In this document: piece by piece, positions 13,063 to 26,575 of the stretch
Layout of the letters: each line of letters starts with the position of its first letter
Position numbering within the stretch: the first letter of the stretch is position 1
Assembly (NCBI RefSeq): GCF_004010195.1
Contig: NC_057719.1
Coordinates: forward strand, 51,652,920-51,716,919
Source of the DNA: Chiloscyllium plagiosum
Lineage: Eukaryota
DNA: 64,000 nucleotides
Direction: 5' to 3'
Translations under genes and position numbers: made by a program
Notes under the pieces: model-generated
Seen by the model: the letters and a program-made list of their open reading frames with translations, nothing else
What the model was told of the DNA's origin: nothing
Database searches by the model: none

Positions 13063-13959
13063 TGGATGTAAGTTTGCTGGCTGAGCTGGAAGGTTTACTT
13101 TCAGATGTTTCATCACTATACTAGGTAAGATCAGTGAGCCACCAGATGAAGCACTGGTGGTATGGCCTGCTTTTTGTGTTTAGGTTTCCTTGGGCTGGTG
13201 ATGTCATTTCCTATGGTGATGTCATTTCCTGTTCTTTTTCTCAGGGGGTGGTAAATGGGATCCAAGTCGATGTGTTTATTGATAGAGTTCCAGTTGGAAT
13301 GCCATGCTTCTCTGAATTCCTGTGCGTGTCTTTGTTTGGCTTGTCCTAAGATGGATGTGTTGTCCCAGTTGAAATGGTGTCCTTCCGCATCTATATGTAA
13401 AAGTACTAGTGAGAGTGAGTGATGTCGTCTTGTGGCTAGCTGATATTCATGTATCCTGGTGGCTAGTTTTCTGCCTGTTTGTCCAATGTAGTGTTTGTTA
13501 CAGTTCTTGCAAGATTTTCTGTAAATGACGTTAGTGTTGCTTGTTGTCGGTATGGGGTCTTTCAAGTTCATTAGCTTCTGTTTTAGTTTGTTGGTGGGTT
13601 TGTGGGCTACATGATGCCAAGAGGTCTGAGTAGTCTGGCAGTCATTTCCCAGATGTCTTTGATGTAGGGGAGAATGGCTAGGGTTTCTGTTTTGCTTGTT
13701 TGAGTTTGTTGCTGAGAAATCGGCAGACTGTGTTAATTGAGTATCCATTCTTTTCTAATATACAGTATAGGTGATTTTTCCTTTGCTCTTTGTCGTTCCA
13801 CATAAATAAAAAGTGGGCCATACCACCAGTGCTTCATCTGGAGGCTCACTGATGATGTTACCTAGTATGGTGATGAAGCGTCTGAAAACGAACCTTCTAG
13901 CTCAGTGAGCAAGCCTACAACCAGAACCTCAACCTGAGCTACAAACCTTCTCAAAATCC
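13063..13959 (-). mobile_element. Penelope-like element fragment (GIY-YIG endonuclease) with inverted terminal arms
   Basis: ORF 13131..13748(-) NVIY..SCKNCNKHYIGQTGRKLATRIHE; 13063-13180 inverted to 13800-13925; degenerate 14-bp TSD 13049-13062 / 13960-13973. Confidence 0.88.
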
Positions 13960-15099
13960 ACCATACCTATTCCTTTTAAGTCAGATCTTTACCAATTGAT
14001 GTTGCTGATCGACTTTCATAGGTTAAGCAGAGTATTTTGTAAGAAAAACATCTTCACCCAGCAGATATTACCAGCGCTTGCAAGAATGTTGACCCATTGA
14101 AGTTGCAGAGCAAAGAGAAATGTCCAGGGTGCAAGCAAATGTTTGGCTCCAGGTCAGAAGAACATGACCTTTTGATACCCTATGAAAAATATATTTGATG
14201 ACCTGCATTAAATTGTTTTTTTAAATTGACAGACTTGTTGGGAATCATAATTGACTCTGAAGTATACCCTTAATGTGCATGTGATTGGAGTTGGCTGACT
14301 ATGCTGAAAATAAATTATTGAAAAATCCTCCCCAGTCCTTGCAGGATATTTTAATTTTGAGCAGCACCTACTAAATTCCTTCAGTACTATAAGTTATGTC
14401 TGACAAATGGATTGATTGTTTAATTACTCTATGTGCTGTCATGAATTGCCATCTGTGGTAAAATTAGATTTAACATATCTGCCAGTCTTGAGCTGTCACA
14501 TACTTAGTGGTTGCCTTGACACTCAAGTAATGAAAGTTTACCCAGACACACATCGTGGAGGTGATAGGCCAATAATGAATAGATAGCCAAAGTTAAGTTT
14601 GTATTTAATAATGAGGTGAGCCAAGGCCACCTTTTTCGTGGTGACAACCAAACATTAGTGATTCTGTGGGCATGTTTTCAAGTTCAGCTGGCCATAAGGA
14701 TGTATCTTTTGTGGTGTGTTCTTTCCCTTACCAGATGTTAGAAATTTTCTGATCGACCTGTTCAAAGGTATTAGTTTGCATCTCTGGAGCAGGTTGTCTT
14801 GAATCCAGGCCTCTGAACCTGATACCAAGTCAGTGGGGGGAGCCCTTCACCTGTAATTAAATTTTGGAGTGCAAAACTGAATGATTGGGATATGTACATG
14901 GAATTAAGGCAGAAGCTGAACTACCATAAATCTTGGAAAAAAAAGCTATAGTTATTTAATGAAATGCAGTTTGACATTTTACAAACATGGAATTTGTTTT
15001 CGGAGCCAGAAATATTTTTTCTAAACTTGAGGTGCCTTTTAACCACCTATTTGTGACTATTTAAAGATTTTTACAGCAAGACCAATAGCATTGAAATTA

Positions 15100-17655
15100 T
15101 GGGATTTTTCTGAGAACTCTCTGGGAAGCTAGGAAGGAGATAGCCGAGCCTTTGGCCTTGATCTTTGAGTCATCATTGTCTACAGGTTTAGTACCAGAGG
15201 ACTAGAGGATTGCAAATGTTGTGCCCTTGTTCAAGAATGGCAGTAGAGATGACCCAGGTAATTATCAACCAGTGAGCCTTATGCTTGTTGTAGGAAAAGT
15301 TTTGGAAAGGATTATAAGAGAGGATTTATAATCATCTAACAAGCAACAATTTGATTGGAAATACTCAACATGGATTCCTCAAGGACAGTTCGTGTCTCAC
15401 AAACCTCATTGAGCTTTTTGAGAAGGTGACCAAGCATGTGGGTGAGGGAGGAGAGTTGACATGGTGTACATGGACTTCATTAAAGCCTTTGATAAGGTTC
15501 CACATGGTAGGCTACTGGAGAAAATGTGGAGGCATGGGATTGAAGGTGAATTAGCAGTTTGGATTAGAAGCTGGCTTTCTGTAAGAAGGCAATGAGTGTT
15601 GGTTGATGGAAAATATTCAGCCTGGAGTCTGGTTACGAGTGGTTGCCATAAGGATCTGTTTTGGGACCATTGTTGTTTGTCATTTTTATAAATGACTTGG
15701 ACGCGGCATAAGTGGATGAGTTAGTAAGTTTGCGGATGATATTAAAGTCTGTGGAGTGGTGAACAGTGTGGAAGAGTGTTGCAGGGAGACTTTGATAAAT
15801 TTAAATGGCATCTGGATGGGTACATGAATAGGAAGAGTTTGGAGGGACATGGGCCAGGTGCTGGCAGGTGGGACTACATAGGGTTGGGATATCTGGTTGG
15901 CATGGACAAGTTGGACCAAAGGGTCTATTTCTGTGCTGTATATCTCGATGACCTTCTGACTCTATAACTGCAGAACTGAGCTGAAAGGTGGCAATTGGAG
16001 TTCAATGCAGCTAATTATAGACAATAGGTGCAGGAGTAGGCCATTCTGCCCTTCGAGCCTGCACCACCATTCATTATGATCATGGCTGATCATCCTCAAT
16101 CGGTATCCTATTCCTGCCTTATCTCCATAACCCTTGATTCCACTATCCTTGAGAGCTCTCTCCAACTCTTTCTTAAACGAATCCAGAGACTGGGCCTCCA
16201 CTGCCTTCTGGGGCAGAGCATTCCACACACCCACCACTCTCTGGGTGAAGAGGTTTCTCCTCATCTCTGTCCTAAATGGCCTACCCCTTATTTTTAAGCT
16301 GTGTCCTCTGGTTTGGGACTCACCCATCAGCGGAAGCATGTTTCCTGCCTCCAGAGTGTCCAATCCTTTAATAATCTTACACGTCTCAATCAGATCCCCT
16401 CTTGGTCTTCTAAACTCAGGGGTATACAAGCCCAGTCGCTCCAATCTTTCAACATAGTCCTGCCATTCCAGGAATTGCCTTTGTGAACCTACGCTGCACT
16501 CCCTTAATAGCCAGAATGTATTTTCTCAAATTTGGAGACCAGAACTGCACACAATACTCTAGGTGTGGTCTCACCAGGGCCCTGTACAGCTGCAGAAGAA
16601 CCTCTTTGCTTCTATACTCAATCCCTCTTGTTATGAAGGCCAGCATGCTATTTGCTTTCTTCACTACCTGCAGTACCTGCAAGCTTACCTTCATTGACTG
16701 GTGTACAAGAACACCCAGGTCTCTTTGTACTGCCCCTTTACCTAACTTGACTCCATTTAGGTAGTAATCAGCCTTATTCACCAAAGTGAATAACCATACA
16801 TTTATCCACATTAAATTGCATCTGCCATGCATCTGTCCACACACACCTAACCTGTTCAGGTCACCCTGTAATCTCCTACATCCTCCTCCCAATTCAATTG
16901 TGAGGTGATTCACTTTTGATAGAATAACAGGAAGGCAGAATACTAGGTCAATGGAAAGATTCTTAGTAGTGTGGATGTGCACAGGGATCTCTGTGTCCAT
17001 GTACATTGATCCCTGAAAGTTGCCACATAGATTGATAGCATTGTTAAGAAGGCAGACGGTGTTAGGTTTTATTGGTAGAGAGATTGAGTTCCAGATCCGT
17101 GACGTCATGCTGCAACTGTACAAAACGCTGGTGCGGCCTCACTTGGATTATGCAGTTCTGGTCGCCCCAATATAGGAAGAATGGAAGCATTGGAAAAGGT
17201 GCAGAGGAGATTTACCAGGATGTCGCCTGGTCTGGAGGGAAGGTCTTATGAGATAAGTCTGTTCTCATTGGAGAGAAGAAGGCTAAGAGGCGATTTAATA
17301 GAGACATATCAGATGATCAGAGGATTAGATAGGGTGGGCAGTGAGAGTCTTTACCTAGGATGGTCACATCTGCTTGTGCAGAGGATCATAGCTGCAAATT
17401 GAGGGGTGATGAATTTAAGACAGATGTCAGAGGCAGGTTCTTTACTCAGAGTGGTAAAGGTGTCAAATACCCTGCACTACCATTATAGTTAACTCAGCCA
17501 CATTAGGGGCATTTGAACAGTCCTTGGAAAAGCATATGGATGATGATGGGTTAGTGTAGGCTGATGATGATGTGCTTAGATTAGTTCATAGGTCGGCGCA
17601 ACATCGAGGGCCAAAGAGCAATACAGCACATACAGGCCCTATGTTCTATGTTGTC
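15100..17655 (+). mobile_element. CR1 LINE RT/3' end (+) carrying two nested LINE fragments
   Basis: host (QHGF, CLTNLIE, FADD) interrupted by a + 3' fragment at ~15800-15964 and a minus-strand CR1 at ~16016-16895; ends in ctatgttctatgtt. Confidence 0.88.
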
Positions 17656-19085
17656 TAATTGAATGCAATCTGGCTGTATTTCAGCACCTTTTGGCGAAGA
17701 ATAGAAGAATCACTGATAGCAGTGTGATGGTTTCTGCAATTAGCTACATATTTGTGGACTCGAGGTTTTTTTTTTCCGGTTTCAGAGTAATGATCATGAA
17801 CACTGATCTGTTTTGTAATTATGTCTACTGCAAAATCCAAGTTTATCTCACTCTTTGCCTTGAATATTAGAAAACAGCTCCTGGAAACACCTGCTGAACG
17901 TGTGGTCAGAGATGTGGCTCTAAAATTGGGTTCATCAGCCACACGACCCACAAAACCTATGACTAGTGATGCAGAATTTCTTGGGCTATCACACTCGTTA
18001 TTGAGAGTGATTGCTGCCACTGATCAGAATATTAGGCTTCATATTTAATTTGTTTTAATCCTTTTTCTCTGTTCACTGGCTGCCACCCTACTTGTTGATG
18101 GACTGTGGTCACTGACTGGCAATCAATATCTTACTGAACTGAGCATTTTTAAAAAGTGAGTGATGCTAGTGAGTATGAATGGAAGGAGTTTCATTGCAGC
18201 GTTAATTTGTGTCCTTGCCCAGTGCCCAAGCATGTGATTATTTGCTGAGTCTTTGAATTGTGATGCAGAGGTGGAATACAAGTTGTTTTCTTTTCCCTTC
18301 CAAAAGCCTGAGAATTATGACATCCATATAAATATCTCAATTGGCTCTGCTAATTTTGTACAAGTAAGTTAGTCACCTGAACTATGATTTAATCCCAAGC
18401 ATAATAACAGTCATTATCCATACAGCTCGATAGTTCTTTGTGCGTTTTTGTACATATTTAAATGTCCATTTCACCTTACTGCAGGTTATGATGTTCGTCT
18501 TAAAATGTTACGATGTTGGGTACGTTGTTGACCATAAAAATGAAATTACAAGCAATGGCACATTCTGTTTCCAACCACCTTGGGTTCAGATTAGTACAGG
18601 ATGAAGCTACAGCATGCAACATTCCAGGGAGGGTTTGTTATATTTAAAGATGAATAAATTGGATGCTACATAAAACGTATCCTCTGCTGCCTTATGTTTT
18701 TTGACAAAAAACTAGTGCCATGAATCAGACTCACAAATATGTTCTTAGTTGTAATATGCTGTCTCATCTTACACCTGCCATTCTTAACTCTTAGTGCTGG
18801 GCCCAATTTGTGTGGAATTATATCTCGTTTTGTGGCTTTAGAGTAGGCTGGAGATTTTCTAAAACGTTAATTTTTTGCAAAGTATTTTACGTGAACTGAA
18901 AGGGCAGATTTTCAATTTAGTCAGTCTTGGCCATTTTACTCTTTGGTACAAGAGATGATGGCTTAATGAAAAATACTTGTTTAGACTACAAATGATGAAG
19001 CTTATTAGTAGTACAAGTGCTTAAATATTTGTATTTGGTTATATTGTATTTTCTAAGATTTTAACTTTATATTTTATTTTCCTAG

Positions 19086-19211
<126 letters not shown>

Positions 19212-19779
19212 TAGAAGTGGATGGAAACATCTGAGTATAGGAACTTGAATTCACAGGATACTTGTCACACATAATTTTCACAAGAATATTAACTGTTACT
19301 TGCATGTGTTTGCCTGTTTTAATGTTTTTCTTTTGTACCTTACTTGAAGGCAGCAGGAAACAAAGGCGACTGTTGTCCAAGATTCAGTTGATGGCCCTCT
19401 AAGTAGCTATTGTGGTGTGTCTGAGAAGAGCACTGAAAAATTAACATATGGTTTGTTTTCTTCCTCCTGTTGTGTTGGAGCACCTATGCTGTACTTGATT
19501 TTCCCCACACACCTTCAGTTCCAATTCTGAATGGTATGACGATTTCTAGATAGGGAAGAATACATTAGGTAGTTACAGCTAATGAAATAATACTCAGGGT
19601 GAGGAAGCCAGGTTGCAGTTGGTTATACTGGCAAATTTTTGTCCCCTAATCTCTACCCTTTGAGAGGGGAAGAGGGAGAAAGAATTAGTGGAAACAAAGT
19701 ACTTGCAATTTTTTCTTTGCATTCAGGGAAAAGGATCTTTTTAAAAAAAAAAACTCCTAAATCACAGTATATAATTAAA

Positions 19780-19970
19780 CATGATTTGGAGATGCCGGTG
19801 TTGGACTGGGGTGTACAAAGTTTAAAAAGCACACAACACCAGGTAATAGTTTAACAGGTTTAATTGGAAGCACTAGCTTTCAGAGCACTGCTCCTTCATC
19901 AGGTGCTCCGAAAGCGAGTGCTTCCAATTAAGCCTCTTAGACTACTACCTGGTGTTGTGATTTTTAACTT
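19780..19970 (-). mobile_element. Palindromic Penelope-derived mini-element (same family as 3930)
   Basis: full tail catgatttggagatgccggtg on the left, inverted partial arm on the right; TATAATTA at 19770-19777 and 19971-19978; minus-strand hammerhead core. Confidence 0.85.
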
Positions 19971-22900
19971 TATAATTAGATATTGACCACTGAAAGTTAG
20001 CTCTTTTCATTTTCTTTAATGGAAGACACTGTTGAAAATTTAAATCAACTAGTATTCCATTTACACTGAAGTTTTGCATTTTTTTTCTTTTTAAAAGTTT
20101 TGACTTCTTTTGAAAGTGAACCAGCTTTCTGGTTTCCCAGTCTTGAGTGCATCGTTCAGTTTAGAATTGTTTTAATTTGTTTGTTTTTGTGAGGTTAGCT
20201 ATTTCTGTATTGTACAGGCAATTGATATTCATCTGTGCATTAATCTCTAATCAGCTAAATATTTCCTCCCTTTTTGTTGTCTTCTGGGATAGTCTTTCTG
20301 TATTCAATAAAAGTCACACAAACAAAATTAGCGTTTGTTTTGCTAAATGCCTGAACCAGGCATCAAATTTCACTTGCCCTATTTTCGAACTTTTACAGCT
20401 ATTGATGATCATTAGTAGTGTTGTTTTCTTTCTCAGTGGATGCATTTTAAAAAAAGGCTTGAGGTTTGGAAAGTCATTTCAGAGACTAATGATTTTTGGT
20501 GTTGCACAAATTCCCTTTTCAAATATGTGCTTGCAGTTCACCTCAAACCAGAAATGTGAACTTGCTAACGAAAATTTCCTCTTAAAATATAACAATCTCT
20601 CTTTCTATTTACAACTGTTATTAATAGATGCCAACCTACCACTACCACACGACTTTTATATTCTGTGGTAAACATGGAAATCATTAATTGGCATCATTTG
20701 GGAAGGAAACAGGTGTGTTCATCTGATATGTCTTGGTCTTCAGAAAGATCAGTCTGACTCTACTGTTCTTCCTCTGCTTCTGTGTGTTCTGATTTGTGTA
20801 TTAAACCCTTTTTTGATTAACTCCTTGACACTTGGAATCAAAAGAAAGTAATGGAAAGTAAAATGCTGCCTTATACATGTGTACATTTTGACTTGTCTTG
20901 AGTATCTCAAATGTTTCAAGGTCCAAGTGATCTCTCATTTGAAAGTGTTCATCTGCATCTAATAAATCTCTCCTTGGCCTTGCCTTATCCTCTTTCTGAT
21001 TTCTTCTAGTTCAGTGCTGACTCCAGTAGTGTATTCAGCTCATTTTGGCCTTAAGCAAGGTCTAGTAAATAGAAGATCCATATCTTGAAATTTTGTAAGC
21101 CTTTTAGGAGCATATGGCCTGAGTCTAAGCTCTTCGTATTTGCCCAAAAGCAGTCATTGCATTTAATGTACATCATACAAAGAACTGTTTGTGGGAGAGA
21201 GATCCTCAAGACTTGGGGTTTTACATATTGTACTTTCTGGTTAATTTTGCAGGCAGGGAATTGATCATAAATTGACCTAACTTCAATATCTGGAATATGT
21301 TCAGAAATTACCTGTAGCATTTGAGTGTCCCTATTTATTTTGGCAACTGACTTGTGCCTCTTTCAACTCAACTTTACCTTCGGGAAAAGTATGGAATTTT
21401 TGACCATGAGGCAAAAAAAAAGCCAAGCTTTTATTTATGCAGGATTTTTTAGAATACTCAGCATCTTAACTTCAATTACTGCAATAGTGATACATTATCA
21501 ATTAGAATAATGTTTTTAGAAAGTTTACTAGGTTGCATGAAACATTTGGCAGGGTCGAAATTTGCACATTTTATTGCAAACTGCTGACTGAAACTTAATC
21601 TGATTCTTCAAAGTATGTTTGAATTTGAGCAGTGATGGGAATGTAAAACAGGAATTGGCAGTTCGGCACTTGGGCATGCTCCTCCATTTAGTTAGATGGT
21701 GGTTAATATACACCTACACTTTATTTTTCTACCTTTTTGTTTTACATTCCTTAATAGTTGACCTAACACATGTTTATTTCAGTCTTGAAAGCCGTAATCT
21801 CAAAATCCAAAGTCATTTGTGAGAAAGATTGTTCAGTCTTGGAAAGGAGTTCCCATATATTGTCAACCAAATATTGGCAGCCTTTGCAAGTGTAGTGTCT
21901 TCATCAGTTAAATTATTAATTGTTGCTGCTTATTGAGCTGAAGATCTCTAGCAGGTGTGACTTCTTACTACTTTAACAATTTAAATGCTAGATTTTGTTT
22001 ATTTATAGATATCTAATTGTTTTTTTTACAAGCTCACACCCTCAGGCTTTGTTTCTTATTTACAGTTTTTGAGCGCCACTTTTAGTTGGATCGTAGAACA
22101 TAGATCAGCACAGTACGTGCCTTTCGGCCCTCAGTGTGCCGACCTTTTATCCTACTCTAAGATCAAGATACCCTACATACCCTCTTACATAATTAAAGCT
22201 GTACAAGTAAATCTGTATGTTAACAGATTTGTTGTGATGTTATTGCAGACCTCCAGTCGTGAGCTGGTACTTCCTGATACGTGTCTCTAAGATGGGTCTG
22301 CTGGTCCCATTTGATCCCATAAGCCCTATTATTAAATATTATCAGCATTCTCCCATTAGTGTAATCCCAGACTTGTATAAATACATCCTTTTGTCCATGA
22401 TTTTCAGTCCCTAAAAAGTAAATTGTTGCATTTCCCTGGTGAAACATATCAGCCCTTTGATATTTTAACTTGCAGCTTCAGTCGTTTTAGATTTCATCAT
22501 TGAAATTTCACATTAATTCTATTACTGGTGATCTCTTCTGTGATGGCCTTTGCAATTCACTCTTAAATAATTGTCCATTTCTCCCAGATCAGAGCTTCCT
22601 CAGCCAACTGTTTTTCCTTTTCAATTTGCAGTTACAATTAAACTTTTCATTCTCCATATTGATTATTAAAATGTACTTTTCTTGTCCTCCCCTTTCCTCT
22701 TGGATGTTTTCTTTATTATTCTTCCTGTTCATTGTACAAATTTTTTTCATAAAAATTAAAATTGCTGATTTTAAACAAATTATTAATAAACCATGTCATT
22801 CTTGGTGCATTAATGAATTATCCCAAGTTTATTTTTAAAATCCCAGTTTTAACATTTTATTAATAAAAACGCTCTCCCTTCTGGCTATTTTTTAATAAAT

Positions 22901-24319
22901 TGCTTCCATCTTGAATAAGATTACATCCAGTATTTGCTTTTCATGATCCCAATCTGGTTTCTAGAAATCTTATTTCACCTTCAGTTAAATAAAGCCATTT
23001 TCTACTCTGGTACAAAACTTCTAATACTGAAATACATTTCTTCTAATTTGTTGTGAGAAATATAATGAATGGTTCATTCATAATCATCTGTAGAAAACCT
23101 TGCATTAAGCATGCTTTTTTTTTTTGACAACAAGCTGCTTCTTTTCCCATTGTAAATTTCTGCATCAGAATTTTCCTTCAAATGTGCTGTCAAGGTTTAT
23201 TGTACAATTCAGCTTTGGCTGCTCAGTGGGTCAAATGATGACTTGTATCACTCAATTCTACGTCATCTTATTGTAACTTCTTTCTGTTGTATCTATGTTG
23301 TCTCCAAACATATCTGCAGACTCTAACTGCTTTCAATTATAATCAATTGAATCTATTTTCAGCCCCCACCTGTGTCTCCCCTTCATGTACTTGTGTGTCC
23401 AATTTCTGAAACACCCTTGGGTGAGAGATTGGGGTGTGAACCTAATCTGTTCTTCTGCAAGAGTGTGTCCACTGACAACTGTGTGCAATTGCAGCTTGAA
23501 CATGTATGAGAGCACCAAATCAAGAGTCTCTGGTTCTACACCTTTTATCCTTTTTGCCTTCAAAGATCAGCTACCGTTGGCCCGGAAGTATCTCTTTTCT
23601 TGAAATGAATTCCTGGGAGAAAAATTATTTTTTCCCATTTTACCCAAAATGTTTGGCTTTGAATTATTTACAGGAGTGAACATTCTTATTTTCCTAAGAC
23701 TCAGTTAACCAATTCTGAATATTTGGATTTTGTATTTTAACAAATCAATAGTTTTGTTTATTAAATAAGCCAGGTTGATTTGGTTTTGTATTTGTTTTCA
23801 TTTCTAAGACTAACATTGAGAAAGCATTCAATTTTATGTTGCAACCTGTAGAACTATGGGACGAGAGTGACAGTACAGTCCAACCATCTCCAATAGCACT
23901 TGCAACCTTTCGTATCATTTTGCTGAATGAGTATGAACTGATTAATCAACAATTTGTTGAACTGAATTTACTCTGCTTTTTGTGGACAAAAATGCCTGAA
24001 CAATTTTTCACTTGGCCAAATAATGGCCAATGTTGTAACGGTATTAGAACAAATTGAATGAAGGCTGAGCTTGTTTTGGAATATTTCTCCAGTATAGCCC
24101 TGATGTTATTAAGGACAATAGTCTTTGTTGTATACCTTATGCTGAAACCTTAAAGATTTTTTTTTTAGCTTGAAGGTGTTATATAATTTTAAAGATTGGA
24201 ACTTCTGAGGAATATTGTCCCTGGAAAGAAATACCCGTTCTGTACTTGAATCTTCAGAAGTTTTGCTATTGCAGGAAAAGGCACTTTATTCCAAAGGTTT
24301 GGGAGAGGGTTGAGGTGAG

Positions 24320-24720
24320 GGAGGAGCGGAGGTAGAGAGAAATAAGCTGGGTTTGTTTTCCTTGGAATAGAGGAGGCTGAGGGGTCATCTGGTTGAGGTA
24401 GACAAAATTATGAGCACTGATAGTAGATTGTGAGAATCTCTTCCCCATGGCAGACATGTATAAGACCAGAGGGCGTAAGTTTAAGGTGAGGAGGTCAGAG
24501 GAAAGTGTTTTTCATCCAGAGTCTATGGAGCATGCTGCCTGAGAAGGCAGTGGAGACAGGTACTGTCCCAACATTTAAGAAGCATCTGGATGAGTACTTA
24601 AAATGCCAGGCATAATAGGGTATGAGCCAAGTTCAGGTAAAATGGGATTATGGAGTTTGTTGATCTGTATAGAAATGGTAAGCTGAAGGGCCTGTTTCTA
24701 TCTTACATGAATCTGTTATT
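24320..24720 (+). mobile_element. Degenerate CR1 LINE 3' fragment
   Basis: gaggaggctgaggggt...acatttaagaagcatctggatgag similarity to other CR1 ends. Confidence 0.65.
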
Positions 24721-24879
24721 ATTATGTTATGCCCTTTGACTCTAAAAGAAAACAGACAAAGAGAGACTACATGTCCTCCAATTCCAGTTACAAATCCATC
24801 TTGCACTCTGTCTGTTCTTAGTTGCTTGAAATGGTTTGTGAATTCCCAAATCTGGTTCAACATGGCCTATAAATGGGAC

Positions 24880-25320
24880 CTATAAGACATAGGAGTGGAA
24901 GAAAGGCCATTCGGTCCATCGAATCCACTCCGCCATTCAATCATGGCTGATGAACATTTCAACTCCACCCACTCGCACTCTCCCCGTAGCCCTTAATTCC
25001 TTGCGAGATTAAGAATTTATCAATCTCTGTCTTGAAGACATTTTAAAGTCCTGGCCTCCTTTGCACTCCGTGGCAATCAATTTCTCAGGCCCATCACTCT
25101 GGCTGAAGAAATATCTCTCCATTTCCGTTCTACATTGACCCCCTCTAACCCTGAGGCTGTGTCCAAGGGTCCTAGTGTTCCCACATAACGGAAACAACTT
25201 CGCAGCATTCACCCTTTATAAGCCATGCATTATCTTGTAAGTTTCTATTCGATGTCCCCTCAACCTTCTAAACTCTAATGAATACAATTCCAGCATCCTT
25301 AGCCGTTCATCTTATGTTTA
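24880..25320 (-). mobile_element. CR1 LINE 3' fragment (same family as 29221-30190)
   Basis: shared end taagacataggagtggaag..aggccatt. Confidence 0.85.
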
Positions 25321-25769
25321 TCAATGAGATTGGCCATCTACTACAAATATGAGACACGGCTAGGAAATTGAAACCTTCTGACAGGATATTAATGGAAAAT
25401 TTTTAATATATGTTGAGAAACCCTGAACAAGGGGAAGAAAATAAAGTCAAAGTTTAAAAAATAACAAATTAGTGGGACGGGAGCAGGCTATAATGATGAG
25501 TCTACCAGGGCAGTGTGTTTATGGATCTTGGAAAGGAGGTAGTGAGTTGTATGAAGTTGTGCATTTGAGGAGGAAGTTATATAGGAAAGATCTTGGGAAG
25601 CCATAAGATCTGTGATTGTTCTTGAAACAATCCCTTGATAATTGGGATCATGGTTCAAGAAAAGTAGGAAGTAGTGTTGGAGAATTCCATTTCAATCTCT
25701 GCCAGGTAGAGGTCAGTTTACCAACAACAAATAATCATTCTCAGCAGGCTTGATAATCGGGGTGAGACC

Positions 25770-26575
25770 CGTTATGAAGATGTGGGTATACCTTTTAAGA
25801 GAGTTAAAAGCAGTAGAACTACTGGACAGCTCGTAATAAAGCAACGATGTGTGTAACACTGAGTTGAACAACTCGAGGAGCTTTGACAAAGGGTCAGTTA
25901 GACTTGAAAAGTCAGCTCTTTTCTCTCCTTACAGATGCTGACAGACCTGCTGAGATTTTCCAGCATTTTCTCTTTTGGGAACTCGAGTAGCTTGTTGCCT
26001 GGAGACAAAAGCAAATTTGAATCCGGCCAATCAGTTTAAATTATACCCCAAATAAAATTCCATTTTCCAATCAAGTTTGAATTGAGTATATTGACAATCT
26101 TTAAAACCAATGACACGATCTGATACTCTGGGTATATTGACTGGGGGAAAATTGAGCAGTCGAGAGGAGATCTGCCACATCCTAGCATGTAAGATACTAC
26201 TTGGAAAAAGTAAATCTCTTAAGTCCCTTTTTGATCAGTAACCTGTAATGCAGAAATTCCTAACCAGGAGAAAAGATGACACAGGAAAAAGAACCTGCAG
26301 CTGCCTGTTTTGTAAATTTTGTAAATTTTAATTGGGAGTTTTATCGGACTAGTATGATAGAAGGGAAGGTAAAAGATAGGTTAGAGAAAGAAATTGTAAA
26401 TAGTGGTTAGTTAATTGTTCTCTCTTATACTTTAAGAAATAAAGTTGTTAAATTTTACTTTTAAATAGTCCTTGGCCACTCGATTTTTGCAGATTGCTGT
26501 ATGGGATAAATCTCTTCTCTTCTGTGTTGCTGGGTTTAAATTAAGCAGAAGGGTTTACCCAGTGTTGTAACAACA
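25770..26575 (+). mobile_element. Probable solo LTR containing a nested PLE terminal fragment
   Basis: begins (C)GTTATGA, ends TGTAACAACA, flanked by GACC; AATAAA near 26438; nested 25884-25979 with near-perfect 14-bp TSD. Confidence 0.5.

Noticed and set aside
17655..18048. Overlapping ORFs of 121 and 75 aa
   Set aside because: No recognisable homology or splice context; consistent with chance
1..19085. DAAM1 start-codon exon (MAPRKR...)
   Set aside because: No matching peptide found by eye; probably upstream of the window
20177..20671. 164-aa ORF
   Set aside because: Low-complexity translation of T-rich intron, non-ATG start
22290..23000. Possible decayed gag or integrase fragment on minus strand
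   Set aside because: No diagnostic motif could be read with confidence
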